Shown piece after piece: positions 36,422 through 46,267 of a DNA stretch of 64,000 nt. The translations under genes and the position numbers were made by a program. The notes below the pieces were generated by a model that was given only the letters and a program-made list of their open reading frames with translations, made no database searches and had not been told where the DNA came from. The stretch is from a virus. Taxonomy: Duplodnaviria > Heunggongvirae > Uroviricota > Caudoviricetes. Within the stretch, counting starts at the first letter, position 1; every line of letters starts with the position of its first letter. The stretch lies in IMG/VR virus record IMGVR_UViG_3300029746_000001; one strand, written 5' to 3'.

Positions 36422-37084
36422 ATGAACAATTTTGTAATAGATACTCCAGATAATTTCTGGCAAATAAGATGGCTTGACAAGTATATGGAAGGTCACAAGG
36501 GGTTCATAGCTGGTGGATGTTTTAAGAATATCCTTTCCGGATAAAGAGTAAAAGACATTGATATTTTCTTTGAAAGCGAAAGCGATTTTCAGGAGGCTGT
36601 TGATTTGTTCAATGATGAAAAACATCAGAAAGAAGGATGGAAATTTAAATATAGAAATAAGAAGGTATGCGCATTCCAGAAAGAGGGAGAAAAGGTATGG
36701 ATAGAGTTCATAGAGTCAGAGTTTGGAAAGCCGAAAGAGATTCTTAGGAGCTTCGATTTTACTGTGACAAAAATGGCTTACTATAAGGAGCCCAAATACG
36801 AAGAAAAAGAAGATGATTATTTTCCATTCTCATCTGCAAGCATAGTAGCATACGAGTACAAACTACTCTATCATGAGAAATTCTTCGAACATCTTCATAT
36901 GAAGAGGCTGGTTATTGACGAAAATATCCCTTTTCCAGTAAGTACATGGGAGCGCTCATATCGGTATAAAGGATATGGTTACAATATGTGCCGGGAGACA
37001 AAGAAAAAACTTCTACAGGCTCTTAAAGGTGTAAATGTAGAGGAGGAAGATATATCTTTGTACACTACTGGAGGATGGGATTAA
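36422..37084 (+). pseudogene. Pol-beta-superfamily nucleotidyltransferase interrupted by an in-frame TAA (36542-36544)
   Basis: MNNFVIDTP...FIAGGCFKNILSG, then TAA, then RVKDIDIFFESESDF... in one frame. The GG...(13 aa)...DIDI pattern fits the G[GS]x9-13 DxD core of an NTase, and the stop falls inside that core. Confidence 0.45.
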
Positions 37085-37542
37085 CCTATAAAACAAAATT
37101 GCTTATGAAAACATTAGAACAACTTAAAGAATTAGCATCAAGATGTTTAGACGGTAGAGATTTTAACAGACTGGCTAAATTTATCCCATATAACATGATA
37201 AAGGATTTCGGTATGGAGCCGAAAGAAGAATACAATAACGAAGAAAGGTGGAACAGTACTGTAGTTGAATTTACCAGGCAGAATGTTTTGAAACAGCTTG
37301 AAGAAGATGTAAGATTCGGTTTTGAAAAGGCATTAAATCAGAGAGGAATATCAGCCAGTTTAATGTTTGAATGTGTAATGATGTGGAACTACATCCTGGA
37401 AGAAGGCCTTGAAGACTGGGATGAGGATGATTATGCATTTTATGGACTCCCTCTATTTAAAGCTACGGCTGTAAAATATGGATGGGACAATCCGATAGGG
37501 GAAGACAGCGGGAGAGAAAGAAAATATGATTCACAATATTAA
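37075..37542 (+). CDS. Hypothetical helical protein, 155 aa
   Basis: ORF track; no HEPN Rx4-6H motif seen. Confidence 0.45.
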   Translation: MGLTYKTKLLMKTLEQLKELASRCLDGRDFNRLAKFIPYNMIKDFGMEPKEEYNNEERWNSTVVEFTRQNVLKQLEEDVRFGFEKALNQRGISASLMFECVMMWNYILEEGLEDWDEDDYAFYGLPLFKATAVKYGWDNPIGEDSGRERKYDSQY

Positions 37543-37553
37543 ATCGGTATATT

Positions 37554-38390
37554 ATGAGCACAAGTAAAGAATACAAGGCAGTAAGGAACTGTATATTAAA
37601 TGAACTTCACCTTACCAAAGAAGATATAATAAAAAACATAGAACCATTATTGGAAAAACTCGTAAAACAGTGTATGCTTAATACATACGGAGGAAACAAT
37701 CAGATAGAACATTGGATCAGATGTATGGTAGCAGATGAGCTTAAACAAAGGGATTATGGTTTTGTAGAAAGAATAAGCAAGGAAATCATAAAAGATCATG
37801 TGTTGAATGAGTTGAACATAATTGTAAGTCCCAAAAATGAAAGATGCGTATGTGAAAATAGAGTACCATCAAGAAAAGATGGTTTGTATCTAATCTACGG
37901 AAATGGACACGCTGAGCCGTTTACCGGCGATAACTCCAAAGATTGTGTACAATACATCGGGTTGAAGCACAGATACATGTCATTTGCAATCTCACTGACG
38001 GAGCATGATATCGTACAATTGCTTGACGATGATAGCCGTGAAGAATCCGGAAGTGGGACATATTACGAACGTGAATGTGATGCGCTGTTTGACATTGACG
38101 GACGCGGTAATACGGAACGCCTTGTAGCCAGAAATCCAAAATTGAGAAATCTGCTGGAAGATGGCGAGTATATACCATCTCTTGGTCAATTAAATTTAAT
38201 GGCCCATTATATGGACGAACTAAACAAAGCATTCGCTTATGTTTCGGCATCTCCCCTCTCCTCGACGTGGTATTGGTCCAGCACTGAGAGCAGCCAGGCC
38301 GTCGCGTGGTACGTGGTCTTCTCCAGTGGCCTCACGGGCACCGGCAACAAGCACATCGGAGACATGGTTCGGACGGTAATTGATTTTTAA
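37554..38390 (+). CDS. Protein with a C-terminal DUF1566 (Lcl C-terminal, C-type-lectin-like) domain
   Basis: C-terminal STWYWSSTESSQAVAWYVVFSSG...GDMVRTV resembles the DUF1566 consensus as I recall it; this part is locally GC-rich. Confidence 0.4.
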   Translation: MSTSKEYKAVRNCILNELHLTKEDIIKNIEPLLEKLVKQCMLNTYGGNNQIEHWIRCMVADELKQRDYGFVERISKEIIKDHVLNELNIIVSPKNERCVCENRVPSRKDGLYLIYGNGHAEPFTGDNSKDCVQYIGLKHRYMSFAISLTEHDIVQLLDDDSREESGSGTYYERECDALFDIDGRGNTERLVARNPKLRNLLEDGEYIPSLGQLNLMAHYMDELNKAFAYVSASPLSSTWYWSSTESSQAVAWYVVFSSGLTGTGNKHIGDMVRTVIDF

Positions 38391-38401
38391 AAAGGATTAC
38401 A

Positions 38402-39208
38402 ATGATAACATCAGTAAAAATAAAAGACAATACGAAAACTCCATTTAAATATGTTTCGGACATAGAAACATTTGAAAATGGCAGAGAATTTATTTTCAAG
38501 CCAGGAGTGAATGTAATTATAGGTAAAAACGGTAGTGGAAAATCGACCTTACTTAATATCATATCAATGTATATGTTGTGTGAGAAGTCTATGTGCTCTG
38601 AAATGCCGATCGAGGCACTGGATTTTCCACCTATATTTGATGATGATGACAAGGTTCTTGATGGGATTGACATATCATCCGATTATGCAGGGAAAGTATT
38701 CCGTTTATTACCGTCGGCGGAGATGAATCGAGATAGTGTATTGAAAAACATCAGCAATTTAGATTTGTATGTGAATAATATTCGAAGATCTTATGGAGAG
38801 AAAATGGTGTTATCATTGGAATCACTTTTCAATTTAATGTTCGGTCAAAAGGATTATGTGTTTCCAATACGAGATCTTGTAGAATACAAGAAAAAATCAA
38901 ATACGTTTTGGATTAAAAGAATTGATAATCTGTTGAAGTATTATAAAAGAAACCACATAACATTAACAAAAAAAGATTTTGAATATACGGTTCTCATGGA
39001 TGAGCCAGACAGAAATCTTGACATTGATAACATAATACAAATTTACAATGTATTATCATTCCATAAACCACAAACACAAATTATAGCCATAGTACACAAT
39101 CTGGCATTGATTTACAAGTTAAGCAAATTAGATTGTGTGAATTTCATAGAGATGACAGAAGGATATCTAAAGGATGTTGTCAATTTCATAAGTGAAACAA
39201 ATAAATGA
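38402..39208 (+). CDS. Small ABC-type (AAA_21/AAA_15-like) ATPase, 268 aa
   Basis: GKNGSGKSTLL (Walker A), SYGEKMVLSL (signature-like), VLMDEPDRNLD (Walker B plus D-loop), IAIVHN (H-loop). Confidence 0.6.
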   Translation: MITSVKIKDNTKTPFKYVSDIETFENGREFIFKPGVNVIIGKNGSGKSTLLNIISMYMLCEKSMCSEMPIEALDFPPIFDDDDKVLDGIDISSDYAGKVFRLLPSAEMNRDSVLKNISNLDLYVNNIRRSYGEKMVLSLESLFNLMFGQKDYVFPIRDLVEYKKKSNTFWIKRIDNLLKYYKRNHITLTKKDFEYTVLMDEPDRNLDIDNIIQIYNVLSFHKPQTQIIAIVHNLALIYKLSKLDCVNFIEMTEGYLKDVVNFISETNK

Positions 39209-39214
39209 AAGAGG

Positions 39215-39517
39215 ATGAGAAAAGAACTGAAAATAATAGGATCAAGAGATCGGCACGTATTTACAGCGACATTCATTCGTTTTGGATTCAGGGATGGGTA
39301 TAAAGGACCTGTAAAGACAATACTTTTACAAGACGTGTTACTCGATGGTAAAATAGTAACAGATCATTTGTGGTTTGATTTGACAAAAGGATTCGAAAGC
39401 GCCGATTTATTACCAGGCGATGTGGTTGAGTTTTGTGCAAGGGTTAGTATTTACGAGAAAGGATATAAAGGATATAGGAATGACGTATTCGATAGGCCGA
39501 TAGAAAAGGATTATTGA
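39215..39517 (+). CDS. Hypothetical protein, 100 aa, co-transcribed with the ABC ATPase
   Basis: ORF track; 6 nt spacer. Confidence 0.4.
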   Translation: MRKELKIIGSRDRHVFTATFIRFGFRDGYKGPVKTILLQDVLLDGKIVTDHLWFDLTKGFESADLLPGDVVEFCARVSIYEKGYKGYRNDVFDRPIEKDY

Positions 39518-39638
39518 TTGTCAAGACCAACAAAGATTAAAAAGATTGGGAAGAAATCAATAGATTGACATACTACCGCGAACTTTAGGTGTGGGAGTAT
39601 GTCGAAGAGATGACAGAAGGGCATCTTAGTAAAACTTG

Positions 39639-39646
39639 TATATTTG
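39639..39646 (+). promoter_or_regulatory. -7 box TAtaTTTG
   Basis: Matches TAnnTTTG. Confidence 0.3.
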
Positions 39647-39716
39647 TGTCTAATTAATTAAAGGTGAGATAAACTGGAAGAAATTCAAAGAGGAAAAACC
39701 TTCAGAGGGAGAAGAA

Positions 39717-39983
39717 GTGTTGGCTTATCACCCAAGTTGGATAGATGAAGATTTCAACCCAAGAGGTATAAGAATAGGGTTTTGGAATGGAGGAGACGAT
39801 TTTAAATCGGCTCATTGGTGGGATTATCAAGATTGTTATATCACAATCTCTCATTGTGATTGTGATGATAATTCTCTTTTCAGTGATAGAATAAAAAACA
39901 GCATAGAGCCAGAGTTATGGATATCACTTGATGTTATTACAAATTACTTACCTAACATAAAACAAAATCACTTATCACAATGA
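39717..39983 (+). CDS. Hypothetical protein, 88 aa (TTG start)
   Basis: ORF track. Confidence 0.3.
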   Translation: MLAYHPSWIDEDFNPRGIRIGFWNGGDDFKSAHWWDYQDCYITISHCDCDDNSLFSDRIKNSIEPELWISLDVITNYLPNIKQNHLSQ

Positions 39984-40640
39984 GCTATTTTATATTAATG
40001 GGAAGAAGAATCCCCAAGCAAGCTATAACAGGCTTCAAGTTCCAAAATGAAACAGATAACATTCGTCCTTTTCTGTCAATCAGGATAAAAGGAATGGACA
40101 GGAGGCGATGAAAATGGAGAATGGAGGGATGGAACTTCCCGTTTAGATGCCTTAAACGCCCAACCTTTCGGTTTTAGTGTTTATGCAAAACCATTTCTAA
40201 AAAGAGTAATTGAATATGGAAATGGAGAGACAAAAGTAGAATACAGCAGGTTAAATACAGAAAAAGGAACCTATGCGCACTGGCTGAATTGTGTAACGAG
40301 CATATCATACAATAGATATAAACAGGTAATGGAAGTGGAGTGTAACGAATGTACCTCGAAATTATTCGTTGATATGATCAAGTCCATTTGTAATATAAGC
40401 GAACAAGTTAAGAGTTTTATCAATCCAGAACAAATAAAAGCAATTGCGGGGTCAAATGAACCGATTTTGCTTTTATCTAACAACTAAAAAATCATGAGGT
40501 GTGTATGTGTTTTTATCTGCTTTCTGTTATGGCTTATTTTTACGTTGTTATTATCATTCACTGTCATAGGATTGGTTATAAGCGTGAGTGATGAATGGCA
40601 GGAAATGGGTGACAAAATAATAGATAAACTTTAATAAAAT

Positions 40641-40886
40641 ATGAATAAGAATATAATCAACAACGCTCAACTTTTAGAGATTAAAACTAAGATTAGACAG
40701 CTTGGAGCAATGATGAATGCATATCAATGCAGGTTTGTGGTTTCTTCGGGTCAATTGTTTTTTGTGGATGATGAATATGCTGGAACGGTTAAACTGACTA
40801 ATCTTGATAATGGAGAATCTAACATATCATTCCCTTCATGTGACGATGGATTGATAATCAATCCAGCCGATAAGCATATTAAATAA
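40641..40886 (+). CDS. Hypothetical protein, 81 aa
   Basis: ORF track. Confidence 0.4.
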   Translation: MNKNIINNAQLLEIKTKIRQLGAMMNAYQCRFVVSSGQLFFVDDEYAGTVKLTNLDNGESNISFPSCDDGLIINPADKHIK

Positions 40887-40930
40887 TTTCAAAACTAAAA
40901 ATATTTAAATTAATTAAACAATAATAAGAC

Positions 40931-41173
40931 ATGAAACAAGATATAGAATTTGCTGTTCCTCTTTTTAAAGCTGGTGCAGAGTGGCGCATTAACAGCGTAT
41001 GGCACAAACCGAGTGACATAGCTGAACCAGGAAAGGATTGTTTGGTTGAACACATGGATATAGACGGAAATGTCTGCATTTGTATTGATCGGCGTTCTGA
41101 ATATGAATGGATAAAATCTTGCCATTACAACAAGATTTTGCGTTGGGCATACATCAAAGATTTATTACCTTAA
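40931..41173 (+). CDS. Hypothetical protein, 80 aa
   Basis: ORF track. Confidence 0.4.
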   Translation: MKQDIEFAVPLFKAGAEWRINSVWHKPSDIAEPGKDCLVEHMDIDGNVCICIDRRSEYEWIKSCHYNKILRWAYIKDLLP

Positions 41174-41422
41174 AACAAGATAAACAATATGGAAAGCGAA
41201 AAGAAGAAAATATGAAAGGTTATGACTGACAGAGAACTTCTTGAAGAAAACAATAAGATGTTAAAGGAACATTCTAAGTTTTGTGAGAAAAGTTGACTCT
41301 GTTGAATACAGGGATCATCAAGACTTTATGGAATTTCTTAGAAATGTGGCAGCCGATATATGGGTGGAATATACGGAGCCTGAACAAAGAGGTAGATTGT
41401 TTAATTTAATAAATAAAAAGAA

Positions 41423-42091
41423 ATGAAAACAGTTTTTGATTTAAGCAGAGATGAGATCGTGTCATTGACATGCAAAGAGATATATCTGTATATAGACAAA
41501 GAGCTTGCTGGTAAAGGTATTCCAATTGAAGCTAAAAACTGGAATATAAAGGACAAAAAAGAAATCGTGTATCCAAGAACTGGAGTTCCGGTATTTATGT
41601 TAAAAGATATCGGCATCGGTTTTAGAACCATAGAAGGTGCAACTGAGGTGGCTAATTTGCTTGTCAAGTATAATGCATTTAAAACAGAATCGAGATATCT
41701 GGCAGGATCGTATGAACAGTTTTGGATCATGAAGGAGGGTGTTTGCCCGGCTGTTAAAGGAGAAACAGGATATAGCAAGGAAGAGTTTGATAAGATAGAT
41801 GAGAAAAATAAAAACCCTGAATTGACAAGTATAAATACCTTCAATGACACCGTGAAAAAAGCCAATGAAATTAAAGACAGGGTGTTGAAATACGTGTACA
41901 ACATAAAACAAGAGCGTTCATATAACAATGACCTGGTTGGTATCTTTGAAAGGTATAAAGATATAGCAGACGGTGATATGGAGGTAGCTATGAATTTTAT
42001 TAAGGAAGCCTATCCATTCAATGAAGAAACAGAGTCGTTTATCAGAAAAAAGTTTGACATGCCTATACCGGACGAATCAAAAGAGCAGTAA
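41423..42091 (+). CDS. Hypothetical protein, 222 aa
   Basis: ORF track. Confidence 0.5.
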   Translation: MKTVFDLSRDEIVSLTCKEIYLYIDKELAGKGIPIEAKNWNIKDKKEIVYPRTGVPVFMLKDIGIGFRTIEGATEVANLLVKYNAFKTESRYLAGSYEQFWIMKEGVCPAVKGETGYSKEEFDKIDEKNKNPELTSINTFNDTVKKANEIKDRVLKYVYNIKQERSYNNDLVGIFERYKDIADGDMEVAMNFIKEAYPFNEETESFIRKKFDMPIPDESKEQ

Positions 42092-42138
42092 TTAAGCTAA
42101 ATTAAATCATTTTGAATCTTTTTTATTATCAAAAGACA

Positions 42139-42146
42139 TATCTTTG
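42139..42146 (+). promoter_or_regulatory. -7 box TAtcTTTG
   Basis: About 20 nt before ATG 42167. Confidence 0.35.
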
Positions 42147-42166
42147 CCCAAAAAAAAACAAACATA

Positions 42167-42421
42167 ATGGAAGAAAAAGAGATAAAAGAAGCTATAATTG
42201 AAGCCCTGACGCACTTAGAGGGGTGTAAGTATTTCGTGGCCACGATAGTAAATGAAGAGGAAAGAAGATTTGATATGAGCCAAAGAATGTCACAGCATCA
42301 ATTGGCGTTAGTTATAAAAGGCATCTTATCCAACAATGAGATGATGATGATGGACGTTTTGCAGTGGTGTTCTGAAAGATTTAAAAATAGTATAGAGAAA
42401 GGAAAGAAATCAACTAATTAA
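42167..42421 (+). CDS. Hypothetical protein, 84 aa
   Basis: ORF track. Confidence 0.4.
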   Translation: MEEKEIKEAIIEALTHLEGCKYFVATIVNEEERRFDMSQRMSQHQLALVIKGILSNNEMMMMDVLQWCSERFKNSIEKGKKSTN

Positions 42422-42432
42422 ATATTAATACA

Positions 42433-42903
42433 ATGAATCGCTGGTTTGAAATTACGGTAAAAGCCGAGATTGATAATATCGAGAACGGCAAAAAAAAGAA
42501 AGTAACTGAAAAGTATTTGGTGGATGCCTTGTCTTATACAGAGGCAGAATCAAGATCGTTGGAGATCTTTAAGGATTTGTACAATTCTTTCGAGGTTGTA
42601 AAAATTAACCCTATTAAAGTGTCAGAAATCTTTTTCAACGGAGAAGCTGAGTACTGGTATAAGTGCAAGGTGAATTACATTACACTGGATGAAAAGAAAG
42701 GTAAAGAAAAGAAAACGCCATGCTATATGTATGTCCAAGCCGGCAATCCTAAAGACGCCGAAGCTGTGTTGACTAAAGGTATGCAGGGTACGTTGGGAGA
42801 CTGGAATTGCGAGTCTATTGCTGAAACAAAGATCATTGAAGTGTTTAAATACGATCTGCAAAAAGGTGTAGAAAAATTGGGAGAAAAGAAAACTGATGAG
42901 TGA
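42433..42903 (+). CDS. Hypothetical protein, 156 aa
   Basis: ORF track. Confidence 0.45.
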   Translation: MNRWFEITVKAEIDNIENGKKKKVTEKYLVDALSYTEAESRSLEIFKDLYNSFEVVKINPIKVSEIFFNGEAEYWYKCKVNYITLDEKKGKEKKTPCYMYVQAGNPKDAEAVLTKGMQGTLGDWNCESIAETKIIEVFKYDLQKGVEKLGEKKTDE

Positions 42904-43126
42904 TGTTGTTTCCCGTGTAGCACTTGCGACGGCAATTGTATTATTGGTAGTAGCAGGTGCTACTTTGCTGATAGTGATTAAGACCGAAGAAGTACCGAGA
43001 TGGTTAATGAACTTACCATATACGTTATCTTTAACGGCAGTATCCTTTTCAATTATATCACTTGTATTGAAATATAGAGAGTGGAAAAGAAATTGTACGT
43101 CTGCGAAAGATGCGGACGAAAAGTGA
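42896..43126 (+). CDS. Small two-TM membrane protein, 76 aa (holin-like topology)
   Basis: Two hydrophobic helices followed by a charged C-terminus. Confidence 0.35.
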   Translation: MSDVVSRVALATAIVLLVVAGATLLIVIKTEEVPRWLMNLPYTLSLTAVSFSIISLVLKYREWKRNCTSAKDADEK

Positions 43127-43599
43127 TGATAAGAAGTCATGGCTTATGCCAGGCTTGCAGGAGTAAAGAGTTGACTCCGAAGAAAAAAGACAGAATTACA
43201 TCCATTAAAAACAGCAGCAAGAAGAAAAAGTTAGAGAACCCGGATTTATCCGGGTTTTTTCGTCTTATGCTGGAAGAGTTAAATAATAGTCGGATGTCTA
43301 TGACCGGTAAGGCTATTCATTTTCCTACAGTATGTAACGTCTGTCACATACTTCCGAAAAGGATATATAAGTCGGTTGCTACTTGCAGGGATAATATAGT
43401 TTTCCTTCATGAATCGGAGCATACGGTATTCGACATGTATCTTGACCGGATGGAATTTGATAAACTTGAAACAGAATTTCCTTTTGTGTGGAAGTATGCG
43501 GTAAAGAAGGTACTGGATATGGAAAGCAGAGGAATGATCAAGGAAAGAGGTAGGTTGATTATTGAAATAATTGATAGGTATGATAGAAGAAAAGATTAA
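43081..43599 (+). CDS. Zinc-finger/HNH-like protein, 172 aa (possibly NinG/Rap-like)
   Basis: N-terminal CERCGRK...CQACR and a later CNVCHILPKR...H; tentative. Confidence 0.4.
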   Translation: MEKKLYVCERCGRKVMIRSHGLCQACRSKELTPKKKDRITSIKNSSKKKKLENPDLSGFFRLMLEELNNSRMSMTGKAIHFPTVCNVCHILPKRIYKSVATCRDNIVFLHESEHTVFDMYLDRMEFDKLETEFPFVWKYAVKKVLDMESRGMIKERGRLIIEIIDRYDRRKD

Positions 43600-44899
43600 A
43601 ATATTAATAGATTTAGGGTTTGTACCTATGGTGAAAGGAGAGGGAAATACGTTGTTTAGAATGAACGATGTTGTGATGTCGGTGTCAGATCCTAACCAAA
43701 CACCAGAGCAGTTGAAGAAGGAGGTTATGTCTTTAATAAAGAACAGAGACATAGCAGAAAGAGGCGGACAGGTTCCAGTAGTTGAAGAGCCGGCGCCTGA
43801 GACAGAGCAGGCCCAGAAGGAGGAACCGGAAGCTCCGGCGGAGGAAGCCGCTCCTAACCCTGGAGAAGAGGATTCGAATCCGTTTACAGAAAATCAGGAA
43901 ACGTTAGAACCGTTTTATATCTGTGATGAGTTAAAGAAGATTGAGACTCCCAAATTCGTAAGATTGACATTAGACGACAATCGTTTTTATGTAAGAAAGA
44001 TGGATGATGGGACGGCTAAGATATATGCTTCGGTAACAACTTTAATCAAAGACGGATATGTAGATGATAAGACAGCACTTCAGGAATGGAAGCAAGAGAT
44101 AAAGATGCTTGGTCGCAATCCAGAAGAGATAGCGCAGTATGAAGCCGATAAGGGAACGATCATGCACTACTTATACGGATTGTACCTAACAGGTAGAGAT
44201 ATGGTCTTAAATCGAAGCTTTGTGGTTAAGACAGTGCAAGAAGGCAAGCTGAAGATATCTAAGAAAAATCTTGATCGGTTCTTTAATAGCATAGATGATC
44301 TTGACGATATGATTGTCAGGGTCATGAAGTTTGCCAAATTCTGTTCTGATTACAAGGTGAAACCGATGATGATAGAAAGAATCCTTTCTTTAGAGGATTA
44401 CCTTGTAGCAACACCTATTGATGCGATGGTTAAAATGACATTCAAATACAAAGAAGAAGGTTATTTTGGAGCCGTGTATCAAAGGGCTACCGGACAGTTC
44501 AAAAAAGGTGATCCGAAGAAGGAAGTAAGAGAAGTGGAAAAAGAAGAAGTGGTCATTCTTGACTTTAAATCGGGAGGAATATGGGAATCATATGCATTCC
44601 AATTGGAAGCTGAAAGAAGAATGGTTAAAGCATGGTATGGCATTGATGCACGTATTATGAACTTTTCTCCAAAAAGCACGAGCAGTAAAGGATATACGCT
44701 GAAAGAATGGACAGAAGACAGTGTAGCACTTGAAAAGGCGGACTGTGTGTTCCAACAAGGTATGTTGAATCACCTTAGAAAAGATAAGAAATTCAAAGTG
44801 AGAAAAGGAGTGTTGAATATCAATAAACCATACAATGAAGAGGATCATACGGTTGTATATGATATTGCAGAGGAAATATCTAAAAGGTTCATGATATAA
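43571..44899 (+). CDS. PD-(D/E)XK (RecB-family / lambda-exo / Cas4-fold) nuclease, 442 aa
   Basis: GTIMHYLY (motif I-like), VVILDFKSG (hhDxK) and YAFQLEAE (QxxxY). Confidence 0.5.
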   Translation: MIGMIEEKIKILIDLGFVPMVKGEGNTLFRMNDVVMSVSDPNQTPEQLKKEVMSLIKNRDIAERGGQVPVVEEPAPETEQAQKEEPEAPAEEAAPNPGEEDSNPFTENQETLEPFYICDELKKIETPKFVRLTLDDNRFYVRKMDDGTAKIYASVTTLIKDGYVDDKTALQEWKQEIKMLGRNPEEIAQYEADKGTIMHYLYGLYLTGRDMVLNRSFVVKTVQEGKLKISKKNLDRFFNSIDDLDDMIVRVMKFAKFCSDYKVKPMMIERILSLEDYLVATPIDAMVKMTFKYKEEGYFGAVYQRATGQFKKGDPKKEVREVEKEEVVILDFKSGGIWESYAFQLEAERRMVKAWYGIDARIMNFSPKSTSSKGYTLKEWTEDSVALEKADCVFQQGMLNHLRKDKKFKVRKGVLNINKPYNEEDHTVVYDIAEEISKRFMI

Positions 44900-44921
44900 A
44901 AAGCAATGAGAGGAGCTAAGG

Positions 44922-45935
44922 ATGCTTGATTTTAGAAAATACGAAAACGTACCTCGGTTTCAACTTGACCGCAGGCCTGGCAGGAGCCGACTGAAGCTAA
45001 CCTGCCCGGCTTGCGGAAAAAGCCGGTGCCTCACTCCTTATATTGATGTGGCAACAGGTCAGGTTGTTGGCAACGAGTTCGGAAGATGCGATCACGAACG
45101 GACTTGCGGTTACGATAAACGACCCACTGGTAAGGATGTAGGTGATAAAGATCTTTGGATTTCGGGAAATAAGTGTATAAGAGCTTATCGTCCTCCTGTA
45201 AATCCTGACGTTGTAAATTACATACCTTTTAGCGAGTTTGAGAGGACTGTGGTTCCAGATGATAGAAACACCATATTTAGATTTTTATCGTCTCTATGGG
45301 GAAAAGAAAGGGTATCTGATGTATTCAGAAGGTATCATGTTGGAACAATGGATTTATGGGGATGGAAAGGATGTTGTATATTCTGGCAGATAGACAAAGA
45401 TTTTGTATGCAGAACCGGCAAGATCATGGACTTTTATATAAAGACCGACAGCCAGGGGAATAAGATTGATGTAAAAAGAGTGAAGGAAAAAGACGGTGAC
45501 AATGAGCGGCCTCATGTTATGTTTTATCACTCGTTGCATGCAAGAGACTTCTTGTTTAGACAATGCCTGTTCGGAGAGCATCTTCTAAGCCAGTATCCGG
45601 ATAAGGTGGTTAATCTGGTGGAATCAGAAAAGACGGCTATTATATGCGCTGTGAATAAACCGGATGAGCTATTTGTAGCTACCGGTGGGTTGCAGAATCT
45701 AAGACCGGAAGTGATAGATGTTTTAAAAGATAGAAAGACCGTAGCTTTTCCGGATAAAGGACAAGCATTTGACACATGGAGTAAAAAGATAGATGGGATG
45801 ATGATGAAGTCAAGGATAAAAGTATCGGACTATCTTCAAAATGTTGAAAATGTAGGAGACGGAGATGATGTGGCAGATTTGATAATTAATAACAAAGTAA
45901 AAGAGAAATATTATGAGCCTGGACGTTTATATTAA
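44922..45935 (+). CDS. DNA primase (N-terminal Zn-ribbon plus TOPRIM-like core)
   Basis: CPACGKSRC...CDHERTC and LVESEKTAIICAV...AFPDKGQAFD; lies upstream of the DnaB-like helicase. Confidence 0.4.
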   Translation: MLDFRKYENVPRFQLDRRPGRSRLKLTCPACGKSRCLTPYIDVATGQVVGNEFGRCDHERTCGYDKRPTGKDVGDKDLWISGNKCIRAYRPPVNPDVVNYIPFSEFERTVVPDDRNTIFRFLSSLWGKERVSDVFRRYHVGTMDLWGWKGCCIFWQIDKDFVCRTGKIMDFYIKTDSQGNKIDVKRVKEKDGDNERPHVMFYHSLHARDFLFRQCLFGEHLLSQYPDKVVNLVESEKTAIICAVNKPDELFVATGGLQNLRPEVIDVLKDRKTVAFPDKGQAFDTWSKKIDGMMMKSRIKVSDYLQNVENVGDGDDVADLIINNKVKEKYYEPGRLY

Positions 45936-45988
45936 AAGTAAGAAAAAAAGAAGAGGATCGTGAATGGGTTGCAAACATCACCCACAAC

Positions 45989-46267
45989 ATGAACAAGATG
46001 GCACAAAGGATATTCGTATCAGAAAATAAAGAAACACTGTACGATTATGTTTGGAGACCAGAAGAATTGTATAGAGAAATATATACCAATGAGATGAAGA
46101 ATGTACTTACAAAAGGTATATGTATTATGATCTCCAAGAGAAAAAGTCTTTTGAAATACGAGCCAGAAAATGGATGGGGGTCTTATGATTCATTTCTTAA
46201 GTTTCTTATCGAATACAAAAAGGCGTGTGAAGATCATCCAGGTTATATAATTGAAGCAAGCAGATAA
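45989..46267 (+). CDS. Hypothetical protein, 92 aa
   Basis: ORF track. Confidence 0.4.
   Translation: MNKMAQRIFVSENKETLYDYVWRPEELYREIYTNEMKNVLTKGICIMISKRKSLLKYEPENGWGSYDSFLKFLIEYKKACEDHPGYIIEASR

Noticed and set aside
36422-37542. MNT/HEPN toxin-antitoxin interpretation of the NTase gene plus the downstream 155-aa gene
   Set aside because: The downstream protein lacks an Rx4-6H HEPN motif, and the NTase (about 220 aa) is larger than minimal NTases. There is insufficient support.
37554-38390. Calling a complete diversity-generating retroelement
   Set aside because: Only a DGR-target-like DUF1566 C-terminus was seen. No reverse transcriptase (YxDD) or template repeat was found in the window. 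Reported only as a hypothesis.
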